From assembly GCA_030390025.1 (NCBI GenBank), contig CM059425.1:169014001-169078000 (forward strand): 64,000 nucleotides of DNA, written 5' to 3'. The position numbers and the translations under genes are program-made. Below are positions 51,652-64,000 of the stretch, piece by piece; position 1 is the first letter of the stretch; each line of letters begins with the position of its first letter. Source of the DNA: Squalus acanthias (lineage: Eukaryota). Below the pieces are notes generated by a model. It saw nothing but the letters and a program-made list of their open reading frames with translations. It did not search any database and was not told where the DNA came from.

Positions 51652-52499
51652 TATATACCCAAATCCTTAAAAGTGGCAGGGCAAGTTGTTAAGGTGGTTA
51701 AAAAAGGCATATTGGTTACTTGGGTTTATAAATAGAGGAATAAAATATAAAAGCAAAGAGATCATGCCAGAACTTTATAAATCACTGGTTAGGTCTCAGC
51801 TGGAGTACTGTGAACAATTCTGGGCACCACACTTCAGGAAAGATGTAGAGGTTTTAGAAAGGGTACAGAGGAGGGTTACCAGGGATGAGGGATTTCAGTT
51901 ATGAGGAGAGGTTGGAAAAGTTAGGACTGTTCTCCTTGAAACAGAGAAGGTTAAGAGGTGACCTAATAGAGGTTTTCAGGATGATGAGAGGTTTTGATAG
52001 AATAGATAGAGAAAAACTATTCCCTCTGGTTAGTGGGTCAATAAGTAGAGGTCATAGATTTAAAATCATTGGCAAAAGATCTAGTGGAGAGATGGAGAAT
52101 TTTTTTCTCACAGGGTTGTTCAGATCTGGAACGCTCTACCTGAAAGTGTGGTGGAAGCCGATTCCATAAATAATTTTAAAAGGGAGCTGGACAGGTACTT
52201 GAGGATCTTACAGGGTTACGGACAAAAGGCGGGCAGGGGGGGTGGGACAAAGCATAACTGCTCTTTCAAAGAGCCAGCACAGGCACATGGGGCCGAATGG
52301 CCTCCTGTGCTGTAGGTTTCTGTGATTCTATGAATATATTTGCAAAACTGTTACATGTAACTTACTATTTTAATTATTTAACATGCCTTATTAACAGAAT
52401 ACATGACACACTATGTACAACCCATTCATTGCACTGGCTATTCCTCGCTCATGACTTCCAATTATAAATTATCGGGCCCCACTTGAAATATATTATCCC

Positions 52500-53600
52500 A
52501 CATTTCAGCTTTATCTATCCTCCTAAAACATACGTGTCGGGGGCGGGCCGGACAGGGAAAGAGGGGGTAACTAGGATATAATCTGCAGCACTGCAACATA
52601 AAATGGATTAATTTGAAATTTCTGGCTACAGTATATTGTAATTCTAATTACAAGTAACTGGGTGAGATTAGAACCTGCCTACTCATTAAATATTTCCAAA
52701 AATATCAAAAATCATCCTAAACCTCACGTGTTGGTGCGGTCTTCCTGTTTAATCCATTACTAACAGATTGCAATTCCTCGGCGCTGCCATGTCTTTTACA
52801 TCAGAATCATGTGACAGATCCGGGCGCTCTCCACTGCCACAACTGAACTCAACCTGCTTTCTCTTTTCTTCCTGATTACAGCATTTTCGCGGTCACCGGC
52901 TCGGTAGTAGGATTGGGATCCGACCGATATCTCAGTAATTCGGATTAAGGTTGGTTTATTTTTCCTTCCCCACCCCAACCCTCTTTTTTTTTAAAAAAAC
53001 CGAACTGATTCATGATACGATTTTTATTAAATGTCCCCAATTCTCATACGAGGGCATCAAAGAGAAAGTGATGGGAGCGGATTGAAATCGCCTAGCCTCT
53101 GTTCGCTGGGTGTCTGTAGGTATGTTCAGCTGCCTTGGTTTAGGTTGGGTCATGGGGGTGGGGGCAAGAGACGGGCTGGAGATGCTGGAGTATGATGACT
53201 GAACGCTCTGATCTTGTAGGTCAGCATTTGCAGATTCAGATCTTTTCGGGCGGAGTCCCCACCGGTAATCTTTGGCCAAGTAGACTGAAAATGTCTTTAG
53301 AATTATTTATTCCAACGTTGGTATTTGGCTGGAACGATTGTTTAGAAACAGGAGACGGTTGTAGAAGGTTTACAATAACGTGGGGCTGGCCCAATACAAC
53401 AGCATTCAAAGTCTGTCTCAATGAGGAAACGCTGCTTGTTTTACTGCTCATTATAAGTACACTGTTCCGTTGCAAGATTTGATACATAGAATGGGGTTTA
53501 AGTATAATTGCATTCCCGATTAGACAGTGTTGTGTGAATACTTAAGTATAAAGATATAGAATTCGTGATTGTTAATTTGAGAATAGCCGGAAGTGAAAAA
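52500..53600. promoter_or_regulatory. CpG-enriched promoter-like island
   Basis: Non-repetitive sequence with many CpGs. GC box 52540-52547, CACGTG 52725, TCATGTGAC 52807, ETS-like CCGGAAGTG ~53587. Confidence 0.6.
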
Positions 53601-55235
53601 ATAAATGGTGTATTTTACACTACTGCTTTCCTGACCTGTTGGATATGCTGAAGCGTTACATCATGGATGTGATGCGTAATAATGCTTAAAAAATGCAGTG
53701 GAAGCGTAATAAGTGGAAATTGGTTATGAAGAAGTACAACATAATACCCGGCAGCTGGTAGTGAAGTAAAATGTATTTTCAAGCAAGCTGTATGTGTGTG
53801 TATTAATTTAAAGGGCAGACACATCACTTGTCCTTTTAGCGAGCACCTGTGGACCTGACCTCTTAACTACACATTTGACAACACTCTATATTAAGAGGTG
53901 TGTTTCTTTTTGCATGTTAAAAATGGTGGATTCCAAATATTTTTACCCTTAAAGTCAGAATCATTTATTGGGAGAAATCTAGCAAGAATAACTTTACTTA
54001 TACCTTTGACCATTTGCAATATAATTTTTCCTGATTTCCATCTCCAGAATGTAGTGCTTGAATTTCTATTACCAAATGTGTAATACAATCATAATCAATG
54101 TTTGGTGCTGAAATTATTCCATGGACAATAAAGGGTTAAACAATAGTTCTTTGCTAGATTCATTGTTAATTTGGTCAGTCAACCTATATTTAAACTATAC
54201 AGATCTAGAAGAAAGTTTCCTTCATGATAATTTGTGTAGAATTGTTTAATAGAGAGGAATGTGGTTATGATGATGCTGATAACTTCCATCGTGACAAAAC
54301 CATTCCTTCTGTCTTGAGCTCTGAGATGTTAGTGGCGTGTGAGAGGCCAGAAGAGTGGCGTTTAGCCTTGGCAGGCGTTCAGCACTAGTAAAAGTTCAGC
54401 CTTGAGGAGTGCTATTGGACGTAGTTTTTCCCCTAAAATTAATACTCGTGTGAAGCGAATGAGAGGAATTTCATTCTTCTGAGAGTTTAGTGCTCTTGGG
54501 AGTTCTAGACTAACACTATCTACATTCTTAAAGTTAGACACAAAGGAATGACAGTGCAGGGAATCTTCATGATGTGTATGGAGTGATACGTGGGCCTCCA
54601 CGGATCCTCAGTGTATCCAAGGGCAGCACGTTTGGTGGGGAAAAGTTGGGTGAGACAGAAGAGCAGAGGAGTTCGGGGTTCAGCTTTACAAAAGGAGCAC
54701 CAAGTGGATAAGGTGATAAAAATAGCGAATGGAACACTGAGCTGCATGACGAGAACTATAGAATATAAAAGTCCAAAAGTATAAAAGTCCAAATGTAATG
54801 GTGAAATCTATATAAAATCTTACTAAGACCACAGTTGGAGTACTATGCACAGTTTTGGGCTTCAGACTATAGGAAAGATCTTGAGTCAATAGAAAGGCTA
54901 CAGTGCAGATTTACTGGGATGCTGCCTGGTATGAGGAAACACAAATACAAACAATGACTTGGAAAAATTCAGCCTGTTTTCGTAAGAACAGAGAAGATTA
55001 AGGATTGCTTTGTTTAAAATTATGAAGGGATGGGACAGAATAGGTATAAATATTGTTTCTAGTGATTAAGAGTTCTAGAATGTGGGGACATGAATACCTC
55101 AACTCCACTTTCCTCCCCTATCCCCATATCCCTTGTTTCCCTTAATATCCAAAAATCTAGCGATTTCTGTCTTGAATATACTCAACAACTGAGCATCCAC
55201 AGCCCTCTGGGGTAGAGAATTCCAAAGATTTATAA

Positions 55236-57440
55236 CCCTTTGTGTGAGTAAAAATGTTTAACTGGGGGAAGGCCAATTTCAGTGGGTTCAGAACGGATCT
55301 GGCCCGGGTAAACTGGAATCAAAGATTGGCAGGCAAAACTACAATTGAGCAATGGGCTGCCTTTAAAGAGGAAATAGTTCAGGTACAGTTGAGTTACATT
55401 CCCACTACAGGGAAAGGCAGGGCAACTAAAGTCAGGGCTCCCTGGATGACGAAAGAGATAGAGAATATGATGAAGCAGAAAAAGTGCAGGTATGACAGAT
55501 GTCAGGTTGCAAATACATCTGAGAATCAGGCTATATATAGAAAGGTCAGAGAAGAAGTGAAAAAGAAAATAAGAGGGGCAAAGAGAGGGTATGAGAATAG
55601 AATGGCAGCCAACGTAAAAGGTAATCCAAAAGTCTTCTGCAGGCATATAAATAGTAAAAGGGTAGTAAGAGGAGGGGTGGGGCCGATTAAGGACCAAAAA
55701 GGGGACCTATGCATGAAGGCAGAGGGTATGGCTGAGATACTAAACGAGTACTTTTCATCTGTCTTCACCAGGGAAGAGGATGCTGCCATAGACATAGTGA
55801 AGGAGGAGGTAGTGGAGATACTTGATAGGATAAAAATTGATAAAGAGGAGGTATTAGAAAGGCTGGCTGTACTTAAAGTAGATAAGTCACCAAGAGCGGA
55901 TGGGATGCATCCTAGGATGCTGAGGGAATTGAGGGAGGAATTTGCAGAGGTACTGGCCATAATATTGCAATCCTCCTTAGATGCGGGGGTGGTGCCAGAG
56001 GACTGGAGAATTGCAAATGTTACACCATTGTTCAAAAAAGGGTGCAAAGATAAACCCAGCAGCTACAGGCCAGTCAGTTTGACCTCGGTATTGGGGAAGC
56101 TTTTAGAAACAGTAATCAGGGACAAAATTAACTTGGACAAGTGTGGATTAATTAAGGTAAGCCAGCATGGGATTTGTTAAAGGCAAATTGTGTTTAACTA
56201 ACTTGATTGAGCTCTTTGATGAGATAACAGAGAGGGTTGATGAGGGTAATGTGGTTGACGTAGTGAACATGGATTTCCAAAAGGCATTCAACAAAGTGCC
56301 ACATAATAGGTATGCCAGCAAAGTTGAAGCCCATGGAATAAAAGGGACTGTGGCAGCATGGATACGGAATTGGCTAAGTGATAGGAAACAGAATAGTGGT
56401 GAACAGTTGTTTTTCGGACTGGAGGATGGTATACAGTGGTGTTCCCCATGGGTCGGTTCTAGGATCACAGCTTTTCTTGATATATATTAATGACTTGCAC
56501 GTGGGTGTACAGGGCACAATTTCAAAATTTGCAGATGACACAAAACTTGGAAGTGTAGTGAACAGTGAGGAGGAGAGTGATAGACTTCAGGAAGACATAG
56601 ACAGGCTGCTAAAATGGGCGGACTCATGGCAGATGAAATTTATCGCAGAAAAGTGTGAAGTGATACATTTTGGTAGAAAGAATGAGGAGAGGCAATATAA
56701 ACTAAATGTTACAAACCTGAAAGGGGTGCACGAACAGACTGACCTGGGGGTATGTGTGCACAAATTGTTGAAGGTGGCAGGGCAGGTTGAGAAAGCAGTT
56801 AAAAAGGCTTATGGGATCTTGGGCTTCATAAATAGAGCTTTAGAGTCCAAAAGTGTGGAAATTATGATGAACCTGTATAAAATACTAGATCGGCCCCAAC
56901 TGGAGTACTGTGTCCAGTCTGAGCACCACACTTTCGGAAGGATGTGAAGGCCTTAGAGAGGGTGCAGAAAAGATTTACAAGAATGATTCCAGAAATGAGG
57001 GACTTCAGTTACGTTGATAGACTGGAGAAGCTGGGGTTGTTCTCCTTGGAGCAGAGAAGATTGAGAGGAGATTTGATGGAGCTGTTCAAAATCATGAGGG
57101 GTCTGGACAGAGTAGATAAGAGGGAAACTGTTCCCATTGGCAGAAGGGTAGAGAGCCAGAGGACACAGATTTAAGGTATTTGGCAGAAGAACCAAAGGCA
57201 ATGTATGAAAAAACTTTTTTATGCAGCGAGTGGTTAAGATCTGGAATGCACTGCCTGAAAGGGTGGTGGAGGCAGATTCAATCACTGCTTTCAAAAGGGA
57301 GTTGGATACGTATCTGAAGGAAAGAAATTTGCAGGGCTACGGGGAACGGGCGGGGGAGTGGGACTAGCTAAAGTGCTCTTGCAGAGAGCCAGCACGGGCT
57401 CAACGGGCAGAATGGCCTTCTTCTATTCTATGATTCTATA
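55236..57440 (+). mobile_element. CR1 LINE, 5'-truncated
   Basis: ORFs 55254-56180, 56167-56490 and 56378-56947 (KFADD); ATTCTATG tail. Confidence 0.94.
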
Positions 57441-57537
57441 AATTTCTCCTCATCTCCGACCTAAATGGCTGACCCCTTATTTTGAGACCGTGGCCCCTAT
57501 TTGTAGACTCCCCAGCCAGGGGAAATATCCTCCCAGC

Positions 57538-57688
57538 TAATGTTCCCTCTTATTTTTTGGGGGGTGTGCAGCCCTGTCAAGGGGCTACGCGGGCCATTTA
57601 AAGTTTTGTGCATGCACAAAACTGTACATTGAAAAATTCAGTCCCGGGCTGCGCGGGACCATGGCCACGCACCTTATAGGAAACATTG
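57538..57688. mobile_element. hAT-type MITE, 8-bp TSD
   Basis: TAATGTTCCCTCT...TAGGAAACATTG; flanks CTCCCAGC / CCCCCAGC (7 of 8 match). Confidence 0.8.
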
Positions 57689-58253
57689 CCCCCAGCATCT
57701 ACCCTGTCAAGCCCCTTAATAATTTTATATGTTTCAATGAGATCACCTCTCATTCTTCAAAACTCTATGGAATATAGGCCTAGTCTACTCAGTCTCTCCT
57801 CGTAGGACCATCCCCTCATCCCAGGAATCAGTCTAGTGAACCTTTGTTGCACTCCCTCTAAGGCAAGTAGATCCTTTCTTTGGTAAGGAGACCAAAGCTG
57901 TACACAGTACTCCCAAATGTGGTCTCCCCAAGGCCCTGTATAATTGCTGTAAGACTTTCTTATTCTTGTACTCCAATCCCTTTGTAATAAAGGCTAACAT
58001 ACCATTTGCTTTCCTAATTGCTTATTTGCTTTCCTAATTGCTTGCTGTACCTGCATACTAACTTTCTGTGATTTACATTAGGACAGAGAGCGGGAGATTT
58101 TTTTTTACGCAGAGGGTTATGGGGCTGTGGAATGTACCACCAGAGTTAATGATTGAACCAGAGACCATGTCAACATTTAAGAATAGGTTAGATAAATGGT
58201 TGAAGGAAATGAGAAAGATATATGGGAACAGGGTGGGCGCTTGGGATTAGGAC

Positions 58254-58415
58254 TAATGTTCTCGCTAAGCCGCGCAGGCGCGCAGCAGTCTGGAGGTCCC
58301 GTGCAGGCCGCTCACCAGCTTTTGCATGGAAGAAACTGTGCATGTGCGAACATTTGAACTGGCCATGCAGCCAGTTAAAGGGACTGTGCATGAAAAAATA
58401 ATAGAGGGAACATTG
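58254..58415. mobile_element. hAT-type MITE, same family, opposite orientation, 8-bp TSD
   Basis: TAATGTTCTCGCTAA...TAGAGGGAACATTG; perfect ATTAGGAC duplication at 58246 and 58416. Confidence 0.85.
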
Positions 58416-58499
58416 ATTAGGACTACTACTCACATGACCCAACCAATACTCACAGATTGATTGGGCCAAATGGCCACTTTTTTAATTGGATTTATGTGC

Positions 58500-59815
58500 C
58501 ATTTTATGTACAATTCTAATTCTGTACACTGTCAGAAAACAAGACTCTTGAAGCAGAGGATTCTGATATTCAAGCAGAAAGTGGCCACATTCTGCAGCAT
58601 CAGAGAGGATGAGGTTTCTGAATCATACCCTGCAGCAGAACGTGGTCACTGATGAGGCAGTGCTCACACAGTTCAGGACACAGGGATAATGTAGAAAGAG
58701 AGGAGTGAGTGACCATCTGCAGGAGCATCAGAGGCAGACAGGGCTTACCGTTGCAAGGAAGCCCTGAGTTACTGGAATTTCCCAATAGAAACTTAATACT
58801 TGAGGTGGACAGTGACAGTGACCCAGAGGAGGATAGCCTTGAGCAACAGAGCACACCATGGTACAAGGGACTAACTGAGGGCGTGAGATTCAGGTAGGCT
58901 ACAAGAATAGGAAAGTGGTACTGGTGCGTGATTCTGTATTTGCAGTTGTGACCAGGAGTCCCAAATGCTATGTTGCTTCCCTGGTGCCAGGGCGAAGAAC
59001 ATTATGGAATGGATGGAAAAGAGACTGCAGCCAACATCATGGTACATGCTGTAACCATTGAAATAGAGCCAAGTGTATGTGAGGTCTTGCAGAGGGAGTT
59101 TAAGGAGGAAAAACAAAATCTTAAGGGTGGTAATCTCTGGATTGCTTCCAGTGCCACATGCTGGACAGGTTAAGGAGAGTAAGATTTGAAAGGTGAACAT
59201 GTGGCTGCAGGGCTGGTACAGGAGGGAAGGGTTCACATTTTTGTGGTATGGGCAGGCTATAAACGGAAGGGATAGTTTACCTGAATCGAAGTAGCACTGT
59301 TGTTTTGTGGAGAGGGTCAATAGAGCAGTGGGGGGACATTTAAACGGATATGACGGGAAAGTGCAGGTCTGGAACTAGTGAGGTAGAGCAGGATTAATAA
59401 AACTATTGAAACTGAAGCAGAGGTTTAGCTGACAGTTCAGAAAGATATGGAAGAACAACAGGGCAATAATGGGTGCTTTTAACTATCCCAAGCTAGACGG
59501 GAATAACAGTAATGCACGTGGTCAAAGTGGGGAATGCATCGAGGACTGCTTCCTAGGTTAATATATTTCTAGGCCAACAAGGAAAAAACCATTGATTGAG
59601 CTAATTCTGGAAAATAAAGTGGGGTAAATACCCAACATAAGAGTTAGAGAAGAATTGGGAAATAGTGACCATATCATAGGTTCCATCTAAGAATAAAAAT
59701 GGGTAATGAAAAGTCAAAGACAAGGGCGCTGGATTAGAACAAGCAAAGTTCAGTGAGACAAAAGGTGTTCTACCCCAAATTAACAGGGCGTAAAAGTTAG
59801 CAAAAAGGTCAGTGG
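58500..59815 (+). mobile_element. Highly degraded CR1 ORF1 and start of ORF2
   Basis: CCFPGAR, IMVH, VVISGLLPVP, G.FNYP and LGNSDH remnants. Confidence 0.65.
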
Positions 59816-59820
59816 ATCAG

Positions 59821-59902
59821 CACGCACACACGCGCACACACACACGCACATGCACACGCACATATATATATATATATATATTATTTATATATATATATAT
59901 AT
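59821..59902. repeat. Compound (CA/CG)n-(TA)n microsatellite
   Basis: Seen directly. Confidence 0.95.
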
Positions 59903-60074
59903 AGGGGTTGAATCACTTGGGGATGAAGGGGGAGGTCTACTTTGGACTATGAAGGTAATGGGAGGAGAATCTGGAACAATTGTTAGAGATAAATGTAGAA
60001 AAGGAATTGTTCTGAAAAAAATTGGCATAACTCAAAGTGAATGGGCCCTGATCCAATCGACTCTATGCTTTTTT

Positions 60075-60390
60075 AAATTTGGTTTTGGGATGTGAACAAC
60101 ACTGGTAAGGCAGTATTTATAGTCCATGCCTAGTTGCTCCGAGTGTGTTAAGAGTCAACCACATAGTATGAGACGAGAGTAACATGTAGGCCAAGCCAGG
60201 TAAGGGTGGCAGGTTCCCGTCCCTGAAGGACATTAATGAGCAGTCAGGATTTTACTCAAGTCTGCACATTTCATGGCCATTTTTCTGGTGCCAAGCTACA
60301 AACTACCAGATTTATTGAATTCAGTTTCACAACTTGCCATGGTGGGATTTGACCTGAGTTCTGTACCATAACCTTTAGGCTATCGTACCT
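60075..60390 (-). mobile_element. SINE with a family B LINE 3' tail
   Basis: Minus strand has a B-box-like GGTCAAATCCC near its 5' end. Its 3' end GCAACTAGGCATGG..ATAAATACTGCCTTACCAG..CACATCCCA matches 51582-51635. Confidence 0.7.
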
Positions 60391-60675
60391 GTGTTGAAAA
60401 GAAGTCAGACACGAGGGCCGCAATTTTCCCAGCGGAGTCGGGTTGAGTGGTTGGCGGCTTCCAGTCCCGCTGCCGACTTCAGCCGCTCTGAAATCACAAT
60501 TTAAATTTAACTGGGCTTACTTGGGCCGGGTAGTGCGCACTACTCGGCCCAATCAGTGGGTTTGGGTGTGCTGCTTGCCTCTGCTGACGTTTTCCATTCG
60601 GGAGCTTTTAAGGGGCCCATATAGCCTTAGCATTTCATTTGGTTTATGCTGCTCCTGAAAACGGGTCCTCTGAAA

Positions 60676-62518
60676 ATGACTGCTGCAAAATCGAAGGCTG
60701 CTCCTAGATTTGATGATGAGTCCCTCCATTCCCTGGTGGAGGGAGTAAGAGGGCGGGCGCAGGGATGTTCTGTTCCCCCTCGATGGCTGGAGGAAGCCTC
60801 CTCAGCAAACCAAGGCATCCTGGCTGCAAATTGCTGAGGAGGTAAGTGCAAGGTCCTTGTGCTCACGCACCTGGGTGCAGTGCTGAAAACGATTCAATGA
60901 TCTGCTACGCTCAGCAAAATTGAGTATCACATCACACTTACCTTCAATCTGCTTCCCATCTGTTCTCATCACCAGCACTCTGCTTTGTCAACCTACTCCT
61001 CCACATCCCAACTTACCCTTACTTCCCTTGCACCCTTACCTATCCCTCTCTATGTACAGAATCACTTCACCATCCTACTATGCACCCCTCACACTCGCTC
61101 TCACTGTTATGCAATGACAACAACTAACAAGGCACAGGGAGGGCCCTTCTTGGCACCTCACTCCATCTTGGTCTCCCTCTGAGCTTCAATGTTATGGATT
61201 CTTCACAGTCACTCCATCAATCTCGCTGAAACTCCACTTGTGTCCCTCATTGCAGGAAAAGAGAGCCCACAATAAGAGGGAGAGAGCGAGGACAGGAGGA
61301 GGCCCACCATCACTCGCAACTTTAACAAACACTGAGGAGGCTGCTCTCGACATAGTCGGAGGTGCAGAGGAGTTGGAAGTGGGGGACAGAGAGGCGGGCA
61401 CACTAGAGCAAGCTGGTGACAGAATAGATTTGCAACCCTCAGATTTAGATTTTATGAGTGACTGATATGGCATCTGATGTTCATACAGATTGAGTTCTGA
61501 TCATCTGCACAATAGGATGTTTCTGGTACCTAAATATCACATGTCTAACTCATGCCTTTACTCCCTCACAGAACCATCACGAGTCCCCCCTCCCCACTGT
61601 CCAGGAGGAAGAGCCGGACGACTCATCAGAGGAACCTCAGCGCACCCAGCACCAGCACAGATACGCACACCTCGGTGGGTCCTTCATGACATAGTGTAGT
61701 GTTGTCACCTGGTGTATCACAGCTCACAAGTGAGCATCAGCAGATGGTGGAGACTGCAACAGCACTGGAGAGTCCTTGTCGCAGGACACTCTTAGCTTTG
61801 CTCTGCTACATGGAGATGCTGTGCCTCTGGGGCCATCCAGAAAAAGAGCGGTGCTGGAACTCTAGGAACAAGTGTAGGAGTCTCTGACAGGGTTTGCATC
61901 CACGGTAACTGCGAGTGTGCAGGGAATGGAGGAGTCCATCTCAAACATGAGCAGTGCGGTGGTGCACTCAATGGCGAATGTAGGTGCCGCCATGGAAAGG
62001 ATGGCAACCTCCATGGAGGACATAAATTGCCAGACTCAAATGAGCATAGTGACTTCTAGATAGATGGTCTGATATGGAGGATAGATGGGCATCTATTGAG
62101 GAGAGGAACCAAAGGTACATGGACATCCCCGTTATGAGGACAGTCAGTACAGAGACGGGTCCTCATGGCCCCACTGATGTGCAGCAAGGTGCTCTCCAGC
62201 CACTTGCTAGCAGTGAAGTGCGGTTGACCCATGAGAGGGATGTTGGTGGTCGACAACCAGGAAGTGTGGGCTCCTCTCCAAGCGCTCACACACAGCAGAG
62301 CCCTCGGTCAGAGCCCCAGATTCCTCACCCAACTGAGATGGCCGTCTCAGCCCCTGCATAACCGCAGGAGGAGCAGACTGTTGCGGAGCCCTCCCAGGCT
62401 TCCAAACCCAGAGGACGCCCGCCAAAGGCGTCAAAGCATAGAAATGAGCAAGGTGCCTTTACATCTGCTGAGGCCACAGGGGAAGAACCACATAGAAGCA
62501 TGCATAAGAGAAAGTTAA
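60676..62518 (+). pseudogene. Harbinger Myb/SANT-like gene, three exons (~60676-60919, 61256-61415, 61572-~62518), disrupted
   Basis: KAAPRFDDESLHSLVEGV..WLQIAEEV..RTWVQC*KRFNDL; exon 2 EKRAHNKRERARTGGGPP. First donor reads TTGAGT, apparently mutated. Confidence 0.8.
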
Positions 62519-62808
62519 AACAAATAGTCACAAGGGTGGTCACTTGGGTGTTTTCATCTGATACAACGTTTGTCATCGTTATTATTAATGTATTAAAGAA
62601 AAGCGATGGCAAAGATTCAAAGAGTTGGTCTATGTGTGCTCAGAAATGGAAGTTGCACAGTGAGGGGTCAGGGTGCATTTCATCTGTAATGATGGTGGTG
62701 AGAGTGATAGAAAACCACAGTTTATTGCACAGATGCTGTATGGTGTGTTAAGAAGGTCGGCCAGACATTCACTTCCATGTGCCAGCCTTATGTGGTTGGT
62801 GCGTCAAA

Positions 62809-63823
62809 TTACGCGAATCTGGCATGGATAAGTGCATCCCTTGCCTCACGGCCAGCAATGTGCTCGCGTGCTGGTGGAATTGGCACATCCGCCCCCGCAA
62901 GGCGTCCCTCATCTGCCGCATCCTCTTCTGAGGAGGCTGTGCGCTGAGCCACTTGTTCCTCAGGCAGCACTAAGCCACGCTGCAGTGCAATGTTGTGCAG
63001 GGCACAGCAGATGACGATGATTCTGGAGACCCAGGCTGGTGAGTACTGTAGGGCTCCACCAGATCTGTCGAGGCATCTGAATCGCATTTTGAGCAAGCCG
63101 ATGGTTTGCTCAATGATGCTTCTGGTGGAAATGTGGCTCACATTGTACCGCTCCTCAGCTTCGTTTGATGGCCTCCTTAACAGTGTCATAAGCCACTTTT
63201 TCAGGGGATAGCCCTTGTCTCCAAGTAGCCATCCGGAAAGTTGTCTTGGTGGATTGAAGAGCTGAGGCACAGTAGACTGCCGCAGGATGAATGAGTCATG
63301 GCAACTGCCAGGGAACTTGGCGCAAACATGCATAATGTTCTTCCTGTGGTTACACAGCAGCTGGACGTTAAGGGAGTGGAAGCCCTTGCAGTTGACAAAT
63401 ACAAGTGTGTGCGGCCGACTGGGAGATGCCGCTGATGTCTGCTGATGATCCCTGGAAGGACCCTGAAGCAAAGAAGTTGAGTGCGGTGGTGACTTTGACA
63501 GCCACTGGTAAGGAGTGTCCACACGCTCCTCTGGGCTCCAGGTGTTGGTGCAGCATTGCGCAGATGTCAGCGACTACCTCTCGCGAAAGTCTCAGCCTCC
63601 TTTGGCATTGCTGCTCACTTATGTTGAGGAAGCTCATCCTTGGCCTGTAAACCCTGTGTCGGGGGTATCTCCTGCGGTGCGGTGCAGCCCTGCACTGATG
63701 CACTCTGCCCTGTGCAGCATCAGGTGAATGAGGAGAAGGTTGCCGCTCCTGTTGTTGCTGCTGTTGTGCCCGCTCTTCCTCCGATTCTGAGGACCAGGAT
63801 GAGAGGGTATAAATGGTTCCCAT
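62809..63823 (-). pseudogene. HARBI1-like DDE transposase with an internal deletion
   Basis: [23 protein letters not shown]; then [48 protein letters not shown] and CCALHN. The segment with GxIDCTH is missing at ~63400. Confidence 0.92.
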
Positions 63824-64000
63824 CCCGCTGGTATATATCTCAGTTGAGGAAGAGATGTTGTAAGTGCTCACTCAATGTGGCCAGAGGGTATTCCAAGGAG
63901 GTCACAGTGCATATGGATCTCAGCTTAAACACTCACAAGCTCAATAGACCTGCAAAATGTGTAACAAAACCTCAAAGCACAAAGTTCTGTCATCTGAAAG

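Larger units (their letters stand above)
42775..52335 (+). mobile_element. Host CR1 ORF2 in three pieces (42775-43886, 48046-49120, 51652-52335)
   Basis: Endonuclease (TETWL, GDFN), RT and 3' tail are collinear across two large insertions. Confidence 0.85.
54640..58500 (+). mobile_element. Old CR1 3' fragment (54640-55095, 58068-58500) hosting an antisense CR1 (55096-55232, 57441-58067)
   Basis: Pieces are collinear on either side of the inner insertions. Confidence 0.75.
60416..64000. mobile_element. PIF/Harbinger transposon with convergent Myb/SANT and transposase genes (runs off the window)
   Basis: Terminus GGCCGCAATTTTCCC; both genes recognisable. Confidence 0.88.

Noticed and set aside
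62809..63871. Domesticated host HARBI1 gene
   Set aside because: It sits in a transposon with a terminal repeat, lacks the first catalytic Asp segment, and related copies occur in the same window.

Overview
This is eukaryotic, AT-rich vertebrate DNA, most likely from a shark or other cartilaginous fish (inferred from the repeat repertoire). Bases 1-28.6 kb hold the last seven coding exons and 3' UTR of PPIP5K2 on the + strand, recognised from peptide similarity to human PPIP5K2 with phase-consistent GT-AG junctions. A CpG-rich promoter-like island lies at about 52.5-53.6 kb. The rest is mostly transposons, often nested: CR1 LINEs (one near full length), a second CR1-group LINE family ('family B'), an L2 fragment, two tRNA-SINE families, hAT MITEs and many PIF/Harbinger elements. 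The most notable structures are (i) Harbinger elements with a spliced three-exon Myb/SANT gene facing a HARBI1-like transposase, whose MITEs make AAT/ATT target duplications, and (ii) a 130-150 bp asymmetric hairpin element with 10-11 bp target-site duplications, one copy in the predicted PPIP5K2 3' UTR. No intact transposon ORF set was found. Family names come from recall of motifs, not from database searches.
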